Positions 16,494 to 26,400 of a stretch of 32,000 nt of DNA are shown here, one piece after another. The position numbers and the translations under genes are program-made. This stretch comes from Candidatus Paracaedimonas acanthamoebae (GTDB lineage Bacteria > Pseudomonadota > Alphaproteobacteria > Caedimonadales > Caedimonadaceae). Location of the stretch: NCBI GenBank assembly GCA_000743035.1, contig CP008936.1, forward strand, positions 990,001 to 1,022,000, read 5' to 3'. The notes beneath the pieces were generated by a model. The model was not told where the DNA came from, did not search any database, and saw nothing but the letters and a program-made list of their open reading frames with translations. Position 1 is the stretch's first letter; every line of letters begins with the position of its first letter.

Positions 16494-17195
16494 ATGAAAT
16501 TTAATTCAACGCTCATTGAAGGCATATTATTGAAACGTTATAAGCGCTTTCTCGCTGATGTTCGTCTTGCAGGAGGCCAAGAAATTACGGCTCATTGTCC
16601 AAACCCAGGCGCCATGTTAGATATAACAACCCCTGGTCTCTGTGTATGGCTTACAGGTTATCCTCCTGAAAGCCCGCGTAAATTGAAATATACGTGGGAA
16701 TTAGTTAAACATAATAATGTTCTTATTGGCGTTAATACCAGCCATCCTAACAGTATTGTTGAAGAAGCTCTCCAAAAAAAGAGAATTCCAGAGCTCGCTT
16801 CTTATACTACTTGGCGAAGAGAAGTAAAATATGGCACAAATAGTCGTATTGATTTTGTTCTCGAAGGTCCAAATCTTCCTCGATGTTATCTTGAAGTGAA
16901 AAACGTCCACCTTAAGCGCGATGACTACGCTCAATTCCCAGATTCCGTTACACTACGAGGAACTAAACACTTAAAAGAATTAGAAGCCATGAAAAAGCAA
17001 GGTGCAAGAGCCATTGTATTATATATTGTTCAAAGAGAAGACTGTGATCTTTTCAAACCTGCTAATACTATCGACCCTCTATATGCAACAACAGCCTATA
17101 ATGCAATGCTGCAAGGCGTAGAAACTTTATGCTATAATTGTCGAGTTGCACCTCAAGAAATTGTTTTAAACCAACCAGTTAAAGTGGAATTATGA
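16494..17195 (+). CDS. sfsA: Sugar fermentation stimulation protein A homolog (233 aa)
   Basis: It shows full-length SfsA-like sequence: GILLKRYKRFLADV...CPNPGAM...VNT..PN.....EVKYG.NSRIDF...CYLEVKNV. Confidence 0.9.
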   Translation: MKFNSTLIEGILLKRYKRFLADVRLAGGQEITAHCPNPGAMLDITTPGLCVWLTGYPPESPRKLKYTWELVKHNNVLIGVNTSHPNSIVEEALQKKRIPELASYTTWRREVKYGTNSRIDFVLEGPNLPRCYLEVKNVHLKRDDYAQFPDSVTLRGTKHLKELEAMKKQGARAIVLYIVQREDCDLFKPANTIDPLYATTAYNAMLQGVETLCYNCRVAPQEIVLNQPVKVEL

Positions 17196-17998
17196 ATTCA
17201 ACAATAATACCTCCCTCTCAAGACTTTGTTATCTATCAAGGACAAAAAATACCTCTCCATAATGAAGAAGGTTTTAAAGGTATGCGAAAGGCCGGACGTG
17301 TTGCCGCTTGCACGCTTGATTTTATTACCCCTTATATCAAACCAGGCATTTCTACGGGGGAAATAGACCAGCTTTGTCATGAGTTCATGATTAGTCATGG
17401 CGCAATCCCTGCCACTTTAGGATATAAAGGTTACACGAAGTCAAGCTGTACTTCTGTTAATCATGTCGTATGTCATGGCATTCCAAGTAATGAAAAAATT
17501 TTGAAAGAAGGGGACATCATTAATATTGATGTGACAACAATTGTTGATGGCTGGTACGGAGATACTTCCCGGATGTTTGCTGTTGGAAAAATCAGTATCC
17601 TTGCTCGAAGATTGATTGATGTAACTCATGATGCTTTTTTACAGGCAATAAGCATTGTTAAGCCAGGTACAACCCTGGGAGACATTGGTTATACTATTCA
17701 AAAAATAGCTGAATCAAATCGCTTTTCAGTTGTACGAGATTTTTGTGGTCATGGATTAGGCCGTGTCTTTCATACAGCCCCTGAGGTTCTTCATTTCGGC
17801 TCACCAGGAGAAGGGTTGGTTCTACAAGAAGGAATGTTTTTCACGATAGAGCCTATGATTAATGCTGGTCACTATGGTGTAAAAATTTTAAGCGATGGTT
17901 GGACAGCTGTGACCCGAGATAAGTCTCTCTCCGCACAATTTGAACACTCGATTGGTGTCACCGCAACAGGGTATGAAATCTTTACGCTTTCCGAATAA
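17192..17998 (+). CDS. map: Type I methionine aminopeptidase (268 aa)
   Basis: It has the pita-bread fold motifs: VCHGIP, DIINIDVT..DGWYGDTSRMF, FCGHGLG, FTIEP and FEHSIGVT. An ATGA start/stop overlap links it to sfsA. Confidence 0.95.
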   Translation: MNSTIIPPSQDFVIYQGQKIPLHNEEGFKGMRKAGRVAACTLDFITPYIKPGISTGEIDQLCHEFMISHGAIPATLGYKGYTKSSCTSVNHVVCHGIPSNEKILKEGDIINIDVTTIVDGWYGDTSRMFAVGKISILARRLIDVTHDAFLQAISIVKPGTTLGDIGYTIQKIAESNRFSVVRDFCGHGLGRVFHTAPEVLHFGSPGEGLVLQEGMFFTIEPMINAGHYGVKILSDGWTAVTRDKSLSAQFEHSIGVTATGYEIFTLSE

Positions 17999-18000
17999 CT

Positions 18001-19701
18001 CTAAGCCGTGATTATATGGACAGTTGTCAATGGTTTTTTCCCACGCAACCCATTTATTGTCCTTCTGCAAGCAATTCTAATCATCTCAGAAATCACTTCT
18101 TCTTTTTGCCAATATTCAGCGGGTATCCCTTCAAATGCTAATTCAATTTGTTTTTCAATAGCTTGTATGGTCTCCTCTTCAGCATTTTCTTCAGCAATTC
18201 CAAGCAATGTGATATGAGGCTGTCCATAAACTTTCTCTTCTGCGTTAATAACAATTGTTATAAATACTGCGCCAGCTACCATAAGTCTTGCACGCTCTCT
18301 CATTTGAGTACTAAACAACGGAACAACAATGTTGCCATCAAGCGCCAATCGCCCATGAGGAACCTCTCCTATTATAGTAGGCTCATCAGACGTAAGATTA
18401 ATAAGACTACCATTATAAGGGATAATGACTTTTTTCACACCTAAAGCTTGTGCATATTTGGCCTGCTCTCGTATATGGGCTGGCTCTCCATGAACTGGGA
18501 CAACGATTTTAGGCTGAACCCAAGAATACATATCTTTTAAATCTTCTCGAGCAGGGTGACCAGAAACATGAATACCTTCAATTTCATCTGCATGAATCAC
18601 ACTCACACCCAAATCAATCAACTGTTCTTGGATTCCTTTCACAGATATTTCATTTCCGGGGATCATGCGCGCTGAAAAAATGACGGTATCCCCATCACTT
18701 AGCTTCAATCTTGGATGCTCATTTGAAGACATCCGCGCAAGCGCAGATCTTGCCTCTCCTTGAGAGCCGGTCGAGGTTAATAATATCCTATTACGATCCA
18801 AATCTTGGATATCATCTTCTGTTAAAAATGGCGGCAACCCCTTCAAGTAGCCAAGTTCTCTAGCTGCCTTTTCCATACGAATCATTGAGCGACCGACAAG
18901 AATAGGAATGCGTCCTGCCTCTTGAGCCGCAATTGCGCAACTCGCAAGACGAGCAACATTGCTTGCAAAACATGCAATCACCACGCGCCCCTCTTTTTGG
19001 TTCTTTACAAGCTTAACTAAATGCTTACGAACAGAAGCTTCAGAGTCAGTTTTTCCTTCTACAAAAACATTTGTTGAATCGCAAACAAGTGCAAGCACTC
19101 CTTCGCCCCCATAATCTTTTAAAGTCTGTATATCTGTTGTTTCACCAATTAAAGGATCTGGGTCAAGCTTCCAATCCCCAGTATGAATCACTGTGCCTGC
19201 TTCAGTTTTAACAGCCAGAGCATTAGGCTCAGGGATTGAATGAGTTAAACTAATAAAATTAATTTTGAAAGGATTTAAATCTACCTCACCATTCAAAGGA
19301 ACTTCAAAAAGAGGGACTTTCTCTAAAAGCCCAACTTCTTGCAGTTTTGCTTGTAGAATACGCGTAGTAAAAGGAGTTGCATAGACAGGGCATAATAATT
19401 TTTCCCATAGATAAGGAATAGCGCCTACATGATCTTCATGTGCATGGGTTACAATAAGCCCGACAAGATCTTTATGTTGTTTAGCAATAAAGTCGATATC
19501 AGGCATAATGATTTCTATACCTAGTTGATCTCCAAAAGTGATGCCACAATCAACCATTAACCATTTTTTCTGAAATCCATATAAGTTTAGATTCATCCCA
19601 ATCTCATTACATCCGCCCAAAGGCAGAAACAATAGATCATTAGGGTTATATCTTGGGTTATCTTGTATTTTGTTATTTATTTCGTTCATGAATAATTGCA
19701 A
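18001..19701 (-). CDS. rnj: Ribonuclease J (MBL/beta-CASP RNase, 566 aa)
   Basis: It has HAHEDHVGA, beta-CASP motifs and the right length. It occupies the conserved position after nuoN-birA-coaX. The true start may be the downstream Met (MNEINN). Confidence 0.9.
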   Translation of the reverse strand: MQLFMNEINNKIQDNPRYNPNDLLFLPLGGCNEIGMNLNLYGFQKKWLMVDCGITFGDQLGIEIIMPDIDFIAKQHKDLVGLIVTHAHEDHVGAIPYLWEKLLCPVYATPFTTRILQAKLQEVGLLEKVPLFEVPLNGEVDLNPFKINFISLTHSIPEPNALAVKTEAGTVIHTGDWKLDPDPLIGETTDIQTLKDYGGEGVLALVCDSTNVFVEGKTDSEASVRKHLVKLVKNQKEGRVVIACFASNVARLASCAIAAQEAGRIPILVGRSMIRMEKAARELGYLKGLPPFLTEDDIQDLDRNRILLTSTGSQGEARSALARMSSNEHPRLKLSDGDTVIFSARMIPGNEISVKGIQEQLIDLGVSVIHADEIEGIHVSGHPAREDLKDMYSWVQPKIVVPVHGEPAHIREQAKYAQALGVKKVIIPYNGSLINLTSDEPTIIGEVPHGRLALDGNIVVPLFSTQMRERARLMVAGAVFITIVINAEEKVYGQPHITLLGIAEENAEEETIQAIEKQIELAFEGIPAEYWQKEEVISEMIRIACRRTINGLRGKKPLTTVHIITA

Positions 19702-20455
19702 GTCCGCTTAATGTTAAATTTGGATTATAAATATCTATTATATTGGTTGCAGGCTTAATCAAACCACCCAACCCTCCTGTTGCAATAACTTTAATTTGTC
19801 GAGCATCAAATCGCTCAATACACTCCTCTCGTGCTCGACTCACCAATCCTTCTATCATGGCAACATATCCCCAAAATACTCCAGCCATCATAGAATCAAC
19901 TGTATTGGTTCCAATAATGTATTTTGGACGACTTATTGAAATCATTGGGAGTTTTGCCGCAGCATTATAAAGAGCTTCAAGCGAGCAATTAACGCCGGGA
20001 GCTATTGCGGTGCCACAAAAGTTTCCATCCACATCAATAAAGCTCATCGTTGTTGCAGTTCCAAAATCAATGACTAATAATGGCCCCCCGTACAAAGTAT
20101 GGGCTGCAACCGCATTTACCATCATATCAGCCCCTTCTTCTCCTGGTCTATCAATCTTGGAAATGATACCAAGATTTAGAGACGAATTTCCTATAACCAG
20201 AGGCATGCTATTAATATAATGGCGGCACAGTTCTTGCAATGATTCAATAAGATCAGGAACCACTGAACAAAGAATTGTTTCTTTAATATCCTTAAAAGAT
20301 AAATTGTGAAGCTTAAGAATTTGCCCAAGCCATACAGCCCACTCGTCCATAGTATATTTTGAATTCGTTCTTGCGCGCCAAGTGTATATTAATTCTCTTT
20401 TCTTAAAAAGCGCGAAACAAACATTTGTATTTCCAGCATCAATTGCAAGTAGCAT
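19673..20455 (-). CDS. coaX: Type III pantothenate kinase (260 aa)
   Basis: It has the N-terminal LLAIDAGNTN, DFGTATT and GG motifs of the acetate and sugar kinases/Hsc70/actin (ASKHA)-fold PanK-III. Confidence 0.9.
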   Translation of the reverse strand: MLLAIDAGNTNVCFALFKKRELIYTWRARTNSKYTMDEWAVWLGQILKLHNLSFKDIKETILCSVVPDLIESLQELCRHYINSMPLVIGNSSLNLGIISKIDRPGEEGADMMVNAVAAHTLYGGPLLVIDFGTATTMSFIDVDGNFCGTAIAPGVNCSLEALYNAAAKLPMISISRPKYIIGTNTVDSMMAGVFWGYVAMIEGLVSRAREECIERFDARQIKVIATGGLGGLIKPATNIIDIYNPNLTLSGLAIIHERNK

Positions 20456-20458
20456 TTT

Positions 20459-21205
20459 TCAGTCCCATAATAAAAAAATATCACCTGCAGATATCTTTTT
20501 AACTTCCTTGTTAGGAAGCTCTAGCAATAACCTGCCCTCTTCATCAAGATCAATGAACTTTCCTCTGATTTTCTCAATCATCTCTTTTTTCCGTAATGTG
20601 ACTTCTATTCCCTCACCCAAACAAGCAGCGGCTTTAAGCCAAATGGCTCTTATTTCAGAAAATCCTTTAGTTTCAAGAATATTCATCTTAACAGTGAAAT
20701 GTGCTGTTAACAAGGAAAGAGCTTCTCCTGGCAAAGGTACTTCTCCTCCTACCTCTTTTAGAGAGGTTGCAATATATTGTAACCCAACAGGAGAATTTTG
20801 GAGATTAATTCCTACTCCCACAAGCAACCAAGAAGAATCAATAATCTCAAGTAAAATACCCGATACTTTATGCCCCGCAATTAAAAGATCATTTGGCCAT
20901 TTATAATTAATTTTTTGAGAGTTTTGACTTTTTGAAAGATAATGCTGAATGACCTCTCCTACTGCTAAAGCCGCTACGAATGAAATCTGTCCCCATGTAT
21001 GGCAAGGCTGAGACGGTTTAAACGCAAGTGTAGTATAAAGATTTCCTGCTAAAGAACCCCATTTCCGATTATATCTTCCTCTGCCTTTTGTTTGATCATA
21101 TGCAAGAATAGCAAATTGATCTTCTTGACCAATCAGTTGAGCAGCTTGATCCATCGTACTCTCAACAGTTTGGTAAGTATAAATCTTCCATCTTTCTGTT
21201 AACAT
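20459..21205 (-). CDS. birA: Biotin--[acetyl-CoA-carboxylase] ligase, group I without an HTH domain (248 aa)
   Basis: It has the KGRGRYNRKW biotin-binding loop and the KWPNDLL motif. There is no N-terminal wHTH domain. Confidence 0.9.
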   Translation of the reverse strand: MLTERWKIYTYQTVESTMDQAAQLIGQEDQFAILAYDQTKGRGRYNRKWGSLAGNLYTTLAFKPSQPCHTWGQISFVAALAVGEVIQHYLSKSQNSQKINYKWPNDLLIAGHKVSGILLEIIDSSWLLVGVGINLQNSPVGLQYIATSLKEVGGEVPLPGEALSLLTAHFTVKMNILETKGFSEIRAIWLKAAACLGEGIEVTLRKKEMIEKIRGKFIDLDEEGRLLLELPNKEVKKISAGDIFLLWD

Positions 21206-21207
21206 GA

Positions 21208-22668
21208 TTAGAAAAGAGCCCTAGCAGCATTTTGAAGAACGACGGTTAAAGTTTGAGGGTAAAGCCCATAAAAAATCACAAGCAATGCCGTAATATTCAT
21301 AACAACCGTTGTCTCAAAAGACAGATGTCGATCTAATCCTGGAATTAAGGGAGTTTCCTCCGTCTCATTAAAATACATAATTTTAATAATTCTCAAATAA
21401 TAAAAAGCTGCAATTACGCTCGCAATCATGCCTCCTAAAGGTAATAATATATAGTTCTCTTTTATTGCGACCATAAAAATATTCATCTTTACAAAGAATC
21501 CTGCAAAAGGAGGAATTCCTGCCAAAGAAAACATCAAAATCGCCAACACCGCAGCAATGAGAGGCTGCTCGCGAGGTAAATTTGCTAGTTCTTCTATGTT
21601 ATTTATACTCTTCCCGTGACGCCTCAAATTTAAAAGACATGCAAAAACACCTATAATTGTAAAGGTATAGATAATAAAATATGAAAGTATACTCTCTACG
21701 CCAGCTTGGTTTTTACTTAATGCTCCTATTAAAACATAACCCATATGCGAAATTGTTGAATATGCGAGAAGTCTCTTAAAATTTTTTTGAAAAAGTGCTG
21801 TAAAAGCCCCCAAAAACATAGATAAAAAAGAAAATATAATAAATGCTGTTTCCCAAAGAAAATAATGACCATCCATAACTTGAACAAATAGACGCACCAA
21901 TAAAGAAAATGTAGCAATTTTAGGAGCTGCAGCCAGAAAAGAAGTTATTGATGTTGAACTACCTTCATAAACATCAGGAGTCCACATATGAAATGGGACA
22001 AGCGAAATTTTGAATGCAAGTCCTGAAAGTATCATTGTTAAACCAACAATCAACATGGGTTCATTCATCGGAATTTCTTTAAAAGCTACCATAAAACTCT
22101 GAAATTCAGTTGTCCCAATGAGACCGTACAGAAGGCTACTTCCAAATAAGATAAGAGCTGTTGAAAGAGCTCCTAGAATAAAATATTTAAGTCCTGCCTC
22201 TGTTGATAATAGCTGATCTCGTGGCAAAGCAAGCAGGATATAAAGCGCCAAACTTTGTAACTCTAACCCCATAAAAAGAGAGATAAGGTCATTGGATGAG
22301 ATAATCAACATCATTCCAATAGTCGAAAATAACATTAAAATAGGGACTTCAAATTGTACTAAATTATCATTTTGGAAATGTCGAAAACTCATAAAAACAA
22401 CCAGCGTAACGGCTAAGATAACAATTACTTTACAGAATTGAGTATATGCATTTGCGATAAAAAAATTATTAAATGACACGATAGGATGCAACGGAAATAT
22501 AGAAACAAGATAAACGGCAAAAACAAGCGAGAAAATAAGCATATAAGAGAGCGTTTTGATTGCTGGTTTTTTTTTAAAAATACCCATTAAAATCATCAGT
22601 AAGGCCATAAGAATTAAAAAACATTCTGGCAAAATAGATAGAAGCTCAGCGAGTGTTAAAGTATACAT
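21208..22668 (-). CDS. nuoN: NADH-quinone oxidoreductase subunit N (486 aa)
   Basis: It is an antiporter-like polytopic membrane protein, last in the nuoJKLMN order. It has FH.W.PDVY and LLAYS.I.H.G motifs. Confidence 0.93.
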   Translation of the reverse strand: MYTLTLAELLSILPECFLILMALLMILMGIFKKKPAIKTLSYMLIFSLVFAVYLVSIFPLHPIVSFNNFFIANAYTQFCKVIVILAVTLVVFMSFRHFQNDNLVQFEVPILMLFSTIGMMLIISSNDLISLFMGLELQSLALYILLALPRDQLLSTEAGLKYFILGALSTALILFGSSLLYGLIGTTEFQSFMVAFKEIPMNEPMLIVGLTMILSGLAFKISLVPFHMWTPDVYEGSSTSITSFLAAAPKIATFSLLVRLFVQVMDGHYFLWETAFIIFSFLSMFLGAFTALFQKNFKRLLAYSTISHMGYVLIGALSKNQAGVESILSYFIIYTFTIIGVFACLLNLRRHGKSINNIEELANLPREQPLIAAVLAILMFSLAGIPPFAGFFVKMNIFMVAIKENYILLPLGGMIASVIAAFYYLRIIKIMYFNETEETPLIPGLDRHLSFETTVVMNITALLVIFYGLYPQTLTVVLQNAARALF

Positions 22669-24167
22669 TAAAGCTGCCCTTCTAGTTTTAGTTTTGCGTA
22701 AAATGGCGCAATAACTCTTTCAATCGCAGTTTCAGTAAGAGTAAAAATAGGTTTGGGATAGATACCCAAAAAGATGATGGATGCAACTATCGGAAACAAA
22801 TATAATTTTTCAATAAGAATTAAATCATTTAATTTTTCTAGGCTTTTATATGTAAGCTTTCCAAGCATTATTCTTTTATAAAGCCAAAGAGCATAGGTGG
22901 CACTCAGAACTATTCCACTTCCTATAAAAAGGGACATCCAACCACTTTTTTCAAAGGAGGCAACAAGTACAAGTAACTCCCCTACGAATCCAGAAGTTCC
23001 TGGCAGTCCTATTGACCCTAGAATACATATCATAAACATAAAAGCAAAATGTGGCATTCTAGACCTTAGCCCTGCATATCTGATAATTTCTCTAGAATGA
23101 ACACGATTATATAAAATACCAACACATAAAAATAAACCAGCAGAAATAACCCCATGGCTTATCATCTGGAATAAAGCACCTTTAACACCTTGTTCTGTAA
23201 ACGTGAAAATTCCAAACGTAACAAACCCCATGTGTGCGATTGATGAATATGCAACAAGTTTCTTCATATCTTCTTGAACAAGGGCAACAAGAGAAGCATA
23301 AACAACAGCAATCATACTTAATCCAAAAACGTAAGGAGCAAAAAACTGCGAAGCTTCAGGAAATAATGGTAAAGAGAATCGTAAAAAACCATATCCTCCC
23401 ATTTTTAGCAAAATAGCTGCCAAAATTACTGAACCTGCTGTCGGAGCCTCTACATGCGCATTTGGAAGCCATGTGTGCACAGGCCACATTGGAATCTTAA
23501 CAGCAAAACCTATAAAAAAAGCAGCCCATAGCCAATACTGTTTTTCCCCAGAAAACGTGTAATGATAAGCCTCAACCAAATCTATTGTACCAATCTCTCC
23601 ATAAATTACGAGTATTGCAATTAGCATAAAAACAGATCCTGAGAGGGTAAAAAGAAAGAACTTAAAAGCAGCATGGATCCGATCTTTTCCTCCCCAAATA
23701 CCTATAATCAAATACATAGGGATCAGGACAGCTTCAAAAAAAATATAAAAAAGAACTAAATCAAGCGCACAAAAACTTCCAATAATTAAGGTCTCAAGCA
23801 CTAAAAAAGTAATCATATACTCTTTTACTTTAACAATAATTACATTCCAACTTGCAAGAATAGCAATGGGCATCAAAAACGTCGTTAGCAAAATGAACAC
23901 AAGTGAAATACCATCAACACCAACGCAATAATTTAGTGAAAATTTAGGAATCCACGCATATTTCTCTACTAACTGAAAATCTGACAAAGAAAGCTTAAAG
24001 TAAGATAAGACCACTAATGATAAAATAAATGTAGTCACGGAAGTCAAAAGAGCAACACCTCGTGCATTCTGAGAAACAGACAACGGATCATTTTTGATCA
24101 AAAGTATTGTAAGAGCGCCTAGCAAGGGTAAAAATATCATTAAAGTTAATAATGGTAATTGTTCCAT
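22668..24167 (-). CDS. nuoM: NADH-quinone oxidoreductase subunit M (499 aa)
   Basis: It has VHTWLP.AHVEAPT.GSV.LA and KKLVAYSSI.HMG motifs. Position and length also fit. Confidence 0.95.
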   Translation of the reverse strand: MEQLPLLTLMIFLPLLGALTILLIKNDPLSVSQNARGVALLTSVTTFILSLVVLSYFKLSLSDFQLVEKYAWIPKFSLNYCVGVDGISLVFILLTTFLMPIAILASWNVIIVKVKEYMITFLVLETLIIGSFCALDLVLFYIFFEAVLIPMYLIIGIWGGKDRIHAAFKFFLFTLSGSVFMLIAILVIYGEIGTIDLVEAYHYTFSGEKQYWLWAAFFIGFAVKIPMWPVHTWLPNAHVEAPTAGSVILAAILLKMGGYGFLRFSLPLFPEASQFFAPYVFGLSMIAVVYASLVALVQEDMKKLVAYSSIAHMGFVTFGIFTFTEQGVKGALFQMISHGVISAGLFLCVGILYNRVHSREIIRYAGLRSRMPHFAFMFMICILGSIGLPGTSGFVGELLVLVASFEKSGWMSLFIGSGIVLSATYALWLYKRIMLGKLTYKSLEKLNDLILIEKLYLFPIVASIIFLGIYPKPIFTLTETAIERVIAPFYAKLKLEGQL

Positions 24168-24181
24168 ATCCGATTTTCTCT

Positions 24182-26086
24182 TTACGACTTAAACAAAAGC
24201 AAAAGAATTAAAATACAAAGGCCTCCTACAAGAGCAAGGACATAATGATAAATATAACCAGTTTGCAACTGACTTGCTCGTTTGGCTACTTGATAAACAA
24301 TTGAAGCAAAACCTTCTGGTCCATATCCATCAATAACTTTTTGATCTATCCTTAACCATAAGATACGAGCTCCTTTAAGCGTATTACTTACAAACAAACG
24401 ACTATAAAATTCATCAAAAAACCACTTATTATAAAGGAAAAGATAAATTTTCTTAAATCTTTGTGCGATAAGAATAGGAAATCGCGGGCGAATTAAGTAT
24501 AAATATATAGCTAGTCCTGTACCTATGAAAGCTGCAATAGTAGGCAAATGCTTAAGGAAGAAATTTAGATTTAAATGACTCAAGTCTTGGATAGACATGG
24601 AAGCCTCCCAAAATCTTTCATTTAAGAAAAATACTTTTCCTAAATACCCTCCAAAAATAGAACCAAAAACAAGAACTAATAAAGGTAATAACATACTGTA
24701 GCCAGGCTCATGAATATGGCTCATTACAAGCTCATTTGCTCTACTTTGGCCATGAAATGTGAGAAACAGTAATCGCCAAGAATAAAAAGCTGTTAAAATT
24801 GCAGCACTAATGCCAAAAAAATAAGTAACTTGTCCAACCCAACTAGCATTTAATAAAGCTACTTCTAAAATATAGTCTTTTGAAAAGTACCCAGCAAAAA
24901 ATGGGATTCCGCATAAAGCAAGACTTCCAATAATCATGACTGTATATGTTACCGGTATAGAGCGCCATAATCCTCCCATATATCGCATATCTTGTTCATC
25001 AGAAAGCGCATGAATTACTGCTCCCGCCCCTAGAAACAACAATGCCTTAAAGAAAGCATGCGTTACTAAATGAAATAGCGCACCATTATATGCTGATAGT
25101 CCAATGGCCATAAACATATAGCCTAATTGGCTACATGTTGAATAAGCAATAACACGCTTTATGTCATTTTGTGTAATCGCAACACTTCCAGCAAATATAG
25201 CGGTTACTCCACCAACTAATGCAACAAAATCTCTTGCATAAGGGGCTAACTCGTATAGGGGCGAAAGTCGAACCAATAAAAACACTCCAGCTGTAACCAT
25301 TGTTGCGGCATGAATAAGAGCCGATACTGGAGTAGGTCCTTCCATAGCATCAGGAAGCCATGTGTGGAGACCTATTTGTGCCGATTTTCCCATTGCTCCA
25401 ATAAAAAATAGAAAACCTAGAATTTCAATTTTAGAAAATTCATAACCTAAGAAATTAAAGTTATGCCCCTCTTTTAAATGCATAAGTTGAAAAATCTGGT
25501 CAAATTCCAGGGTCTTAAAGACCAGAAAAGTCGTAGCAATACCAAGGATAAATCCTAGATCACCGATCCTATTAACCAGAAATGCTTTAAGGGCCGCTTG
25601 ATTCGCACTTTCCCTCTCATACCAAAAACCAATTAAAAGGTAAGAGGTAAGCCCCACACCTTCCCAACCAAAAAATAGTTGCACTAAATTATCTGCTGTT
25701 ACAAGCGCCAGCATCATAAAAGTAAATAAACTCAAGTATGACATAAAGCGTGCTGAATATGGATCTTGACTCATATAGCCAATAGAATAAACATGCACAA
25801 GAAATGAAATTATATTCACAAGCAATACCATCGTGACTGAAAGATGGTCAAAATAAAGGCTCCAATAAACTTGGAAATTTCCAACGTCGAACCATGGTAA
25901 TAAAGAAAGAGCTATATTTTTCCCGCTATGATACAATTTCCATGCGAGAGTAAAAGATGCTATTGTCGCTATAGCTATCATTATACAACTAATCCAATTG
26001 ATTACGTTTTTACTAAATCTATGTCCAAAAAGACTTGTGAAAACAAAACCCAAAAGAGGACAAAATATACTAAGATACTCTACCAA
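24182..26086 (-). CDS. nuoL: NADH-quinone oxidoreductase subunit L (634 aa)
   Basis: It has GWEGVGL.SYLLIGFW, HTWLPDAMEGPTPVSALIHAATMV and KR..AYST.SQLGYM. The C-terminal extension has a final TM. The start is TTG, preceded by GAGGGG. Confidence 0.95.
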   Translation of the reverse strand: MVEYLSIFCPLLGFVFTSLFGHRFSKNVINWISCIMIAIATIASFTLAWKLYHSGKNIALSLLPWFDVGNFQVYWSLYFDHLSVTMVLLVNIISFLVHVYSIGYMSQDPYSARFMSYLSLFTFMMLALVTADNLVQLFFGWEGVGLTSYLLIGFWYERESANQAALKAFLVNRIGDLGFILGIATTFLVFKTLEFDQIFQLMHLKEGHNFNFLGYEFSKIEILGFLFFIGAMGKSAQIGLHTWLPDAMEGPTPVSALIHAATMVTAGVFLLVRLSPLYELAPYARDFVALVGGVTAIFAGSVAITQNDIKRVIAYSTCSQLGYMFMAIGLSAYNGALFHLVTHAFFKALLFLGAGAVIHALSDEQDMRYMGGLWRSIPVTYTVMIIGSLALCGIPFFAGYFSKDYILEVALLNASWVGQVTYFFGISAAILTAFYSWRLLFLTFHGQSRANELVMSHIHEPGYSMLLPLLVLVFGSIFGGYLGKVFFLNERFWEASMSIQDLSHLNLNFFLKHLPTIAAFIGTGLAIYLYLIRPRFPILIAQRFKKIYLFLYNKWFFDEFYSRLFVSNTLKGARILWLRIDQKVIDGYGPEGFASIVYQVAKRASQLQTGYIYHYVLALVGGLCILILLLLFKS

Positions 26087-26090
26087 CTTT

Positions 26091-26399
26091 TCAGCCCCTC
26101 ATATGACTTATATCTTCAACCTCGATGCTACCACGGTTCCGATTAAAAACGACTAGAATAGCAAGACCAATAGCAGCTTCAGCTGCTGCAACAGTTAAAA
26201 TAAACAATGTAAAAACTTGGCCTATAAGATCTTTCCAATACGCTGAAAAAGCAACTAGATTAATGTTGGTTGCAAGAAGAGTCAATTCTAAGGCCATCAA
26301 GATATTTAAAACACTCTTGCGTCCCCATAAAATCCCAAAAATTCCTATAAAGAATAAAGCACTTGATAAAATTAGATAATGTTGCAAACCAATATGCAT
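26091..26399 (-). CDS. nuoK: NADH-quinone oxidoreductase subunit K (102 aa from the ATG at 26399)
   Basis: [22 protein letters not shown]...[11 protein letters not shown]...[12 protein letters not shown] is the canonical NuoK. I prefer the internal ATG because the 13 extra codons in the track ORF would overlap nuoJ and have no homolog counterpart that I know of. Confidence 0.9.
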   Translation of the reverse strand: MHIGLQHYLILSSALFFIGIFGILWGRKSVLNILMALELTLLATNINLVAFSAYWKDLIGQVFTLFILTVAAAEAAIGLAILVVFNRNRGSIEVEDISHMRG

Positions 26400-26400
26400 T

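Noticed and set aside
20382-20906. A 174-aa plus-strand ORF antisense to the coaX/birA junction
   Set aside because: It is Ser/Pro/Ile-rich and low in complexity, as expected from the antisense frame of AT-rich genes. It has no Shine-Dalgarno sequence and no recognisable motif, and it lies wholly inside two well-supported genes. The same reasoning applies to the other antisense ORFs in the track (170-451, 2746-2931, 3520-3717, 7538-7946, 8416-8607, 10262-10477, 13380-13679, 14192-14852, 15222-15422, 16701-16934, 17198-17629, 17888-18444, 19743-20219, 21729-21917, 22897-23416, 25928-26379, 27380-27598, 28425-28658).
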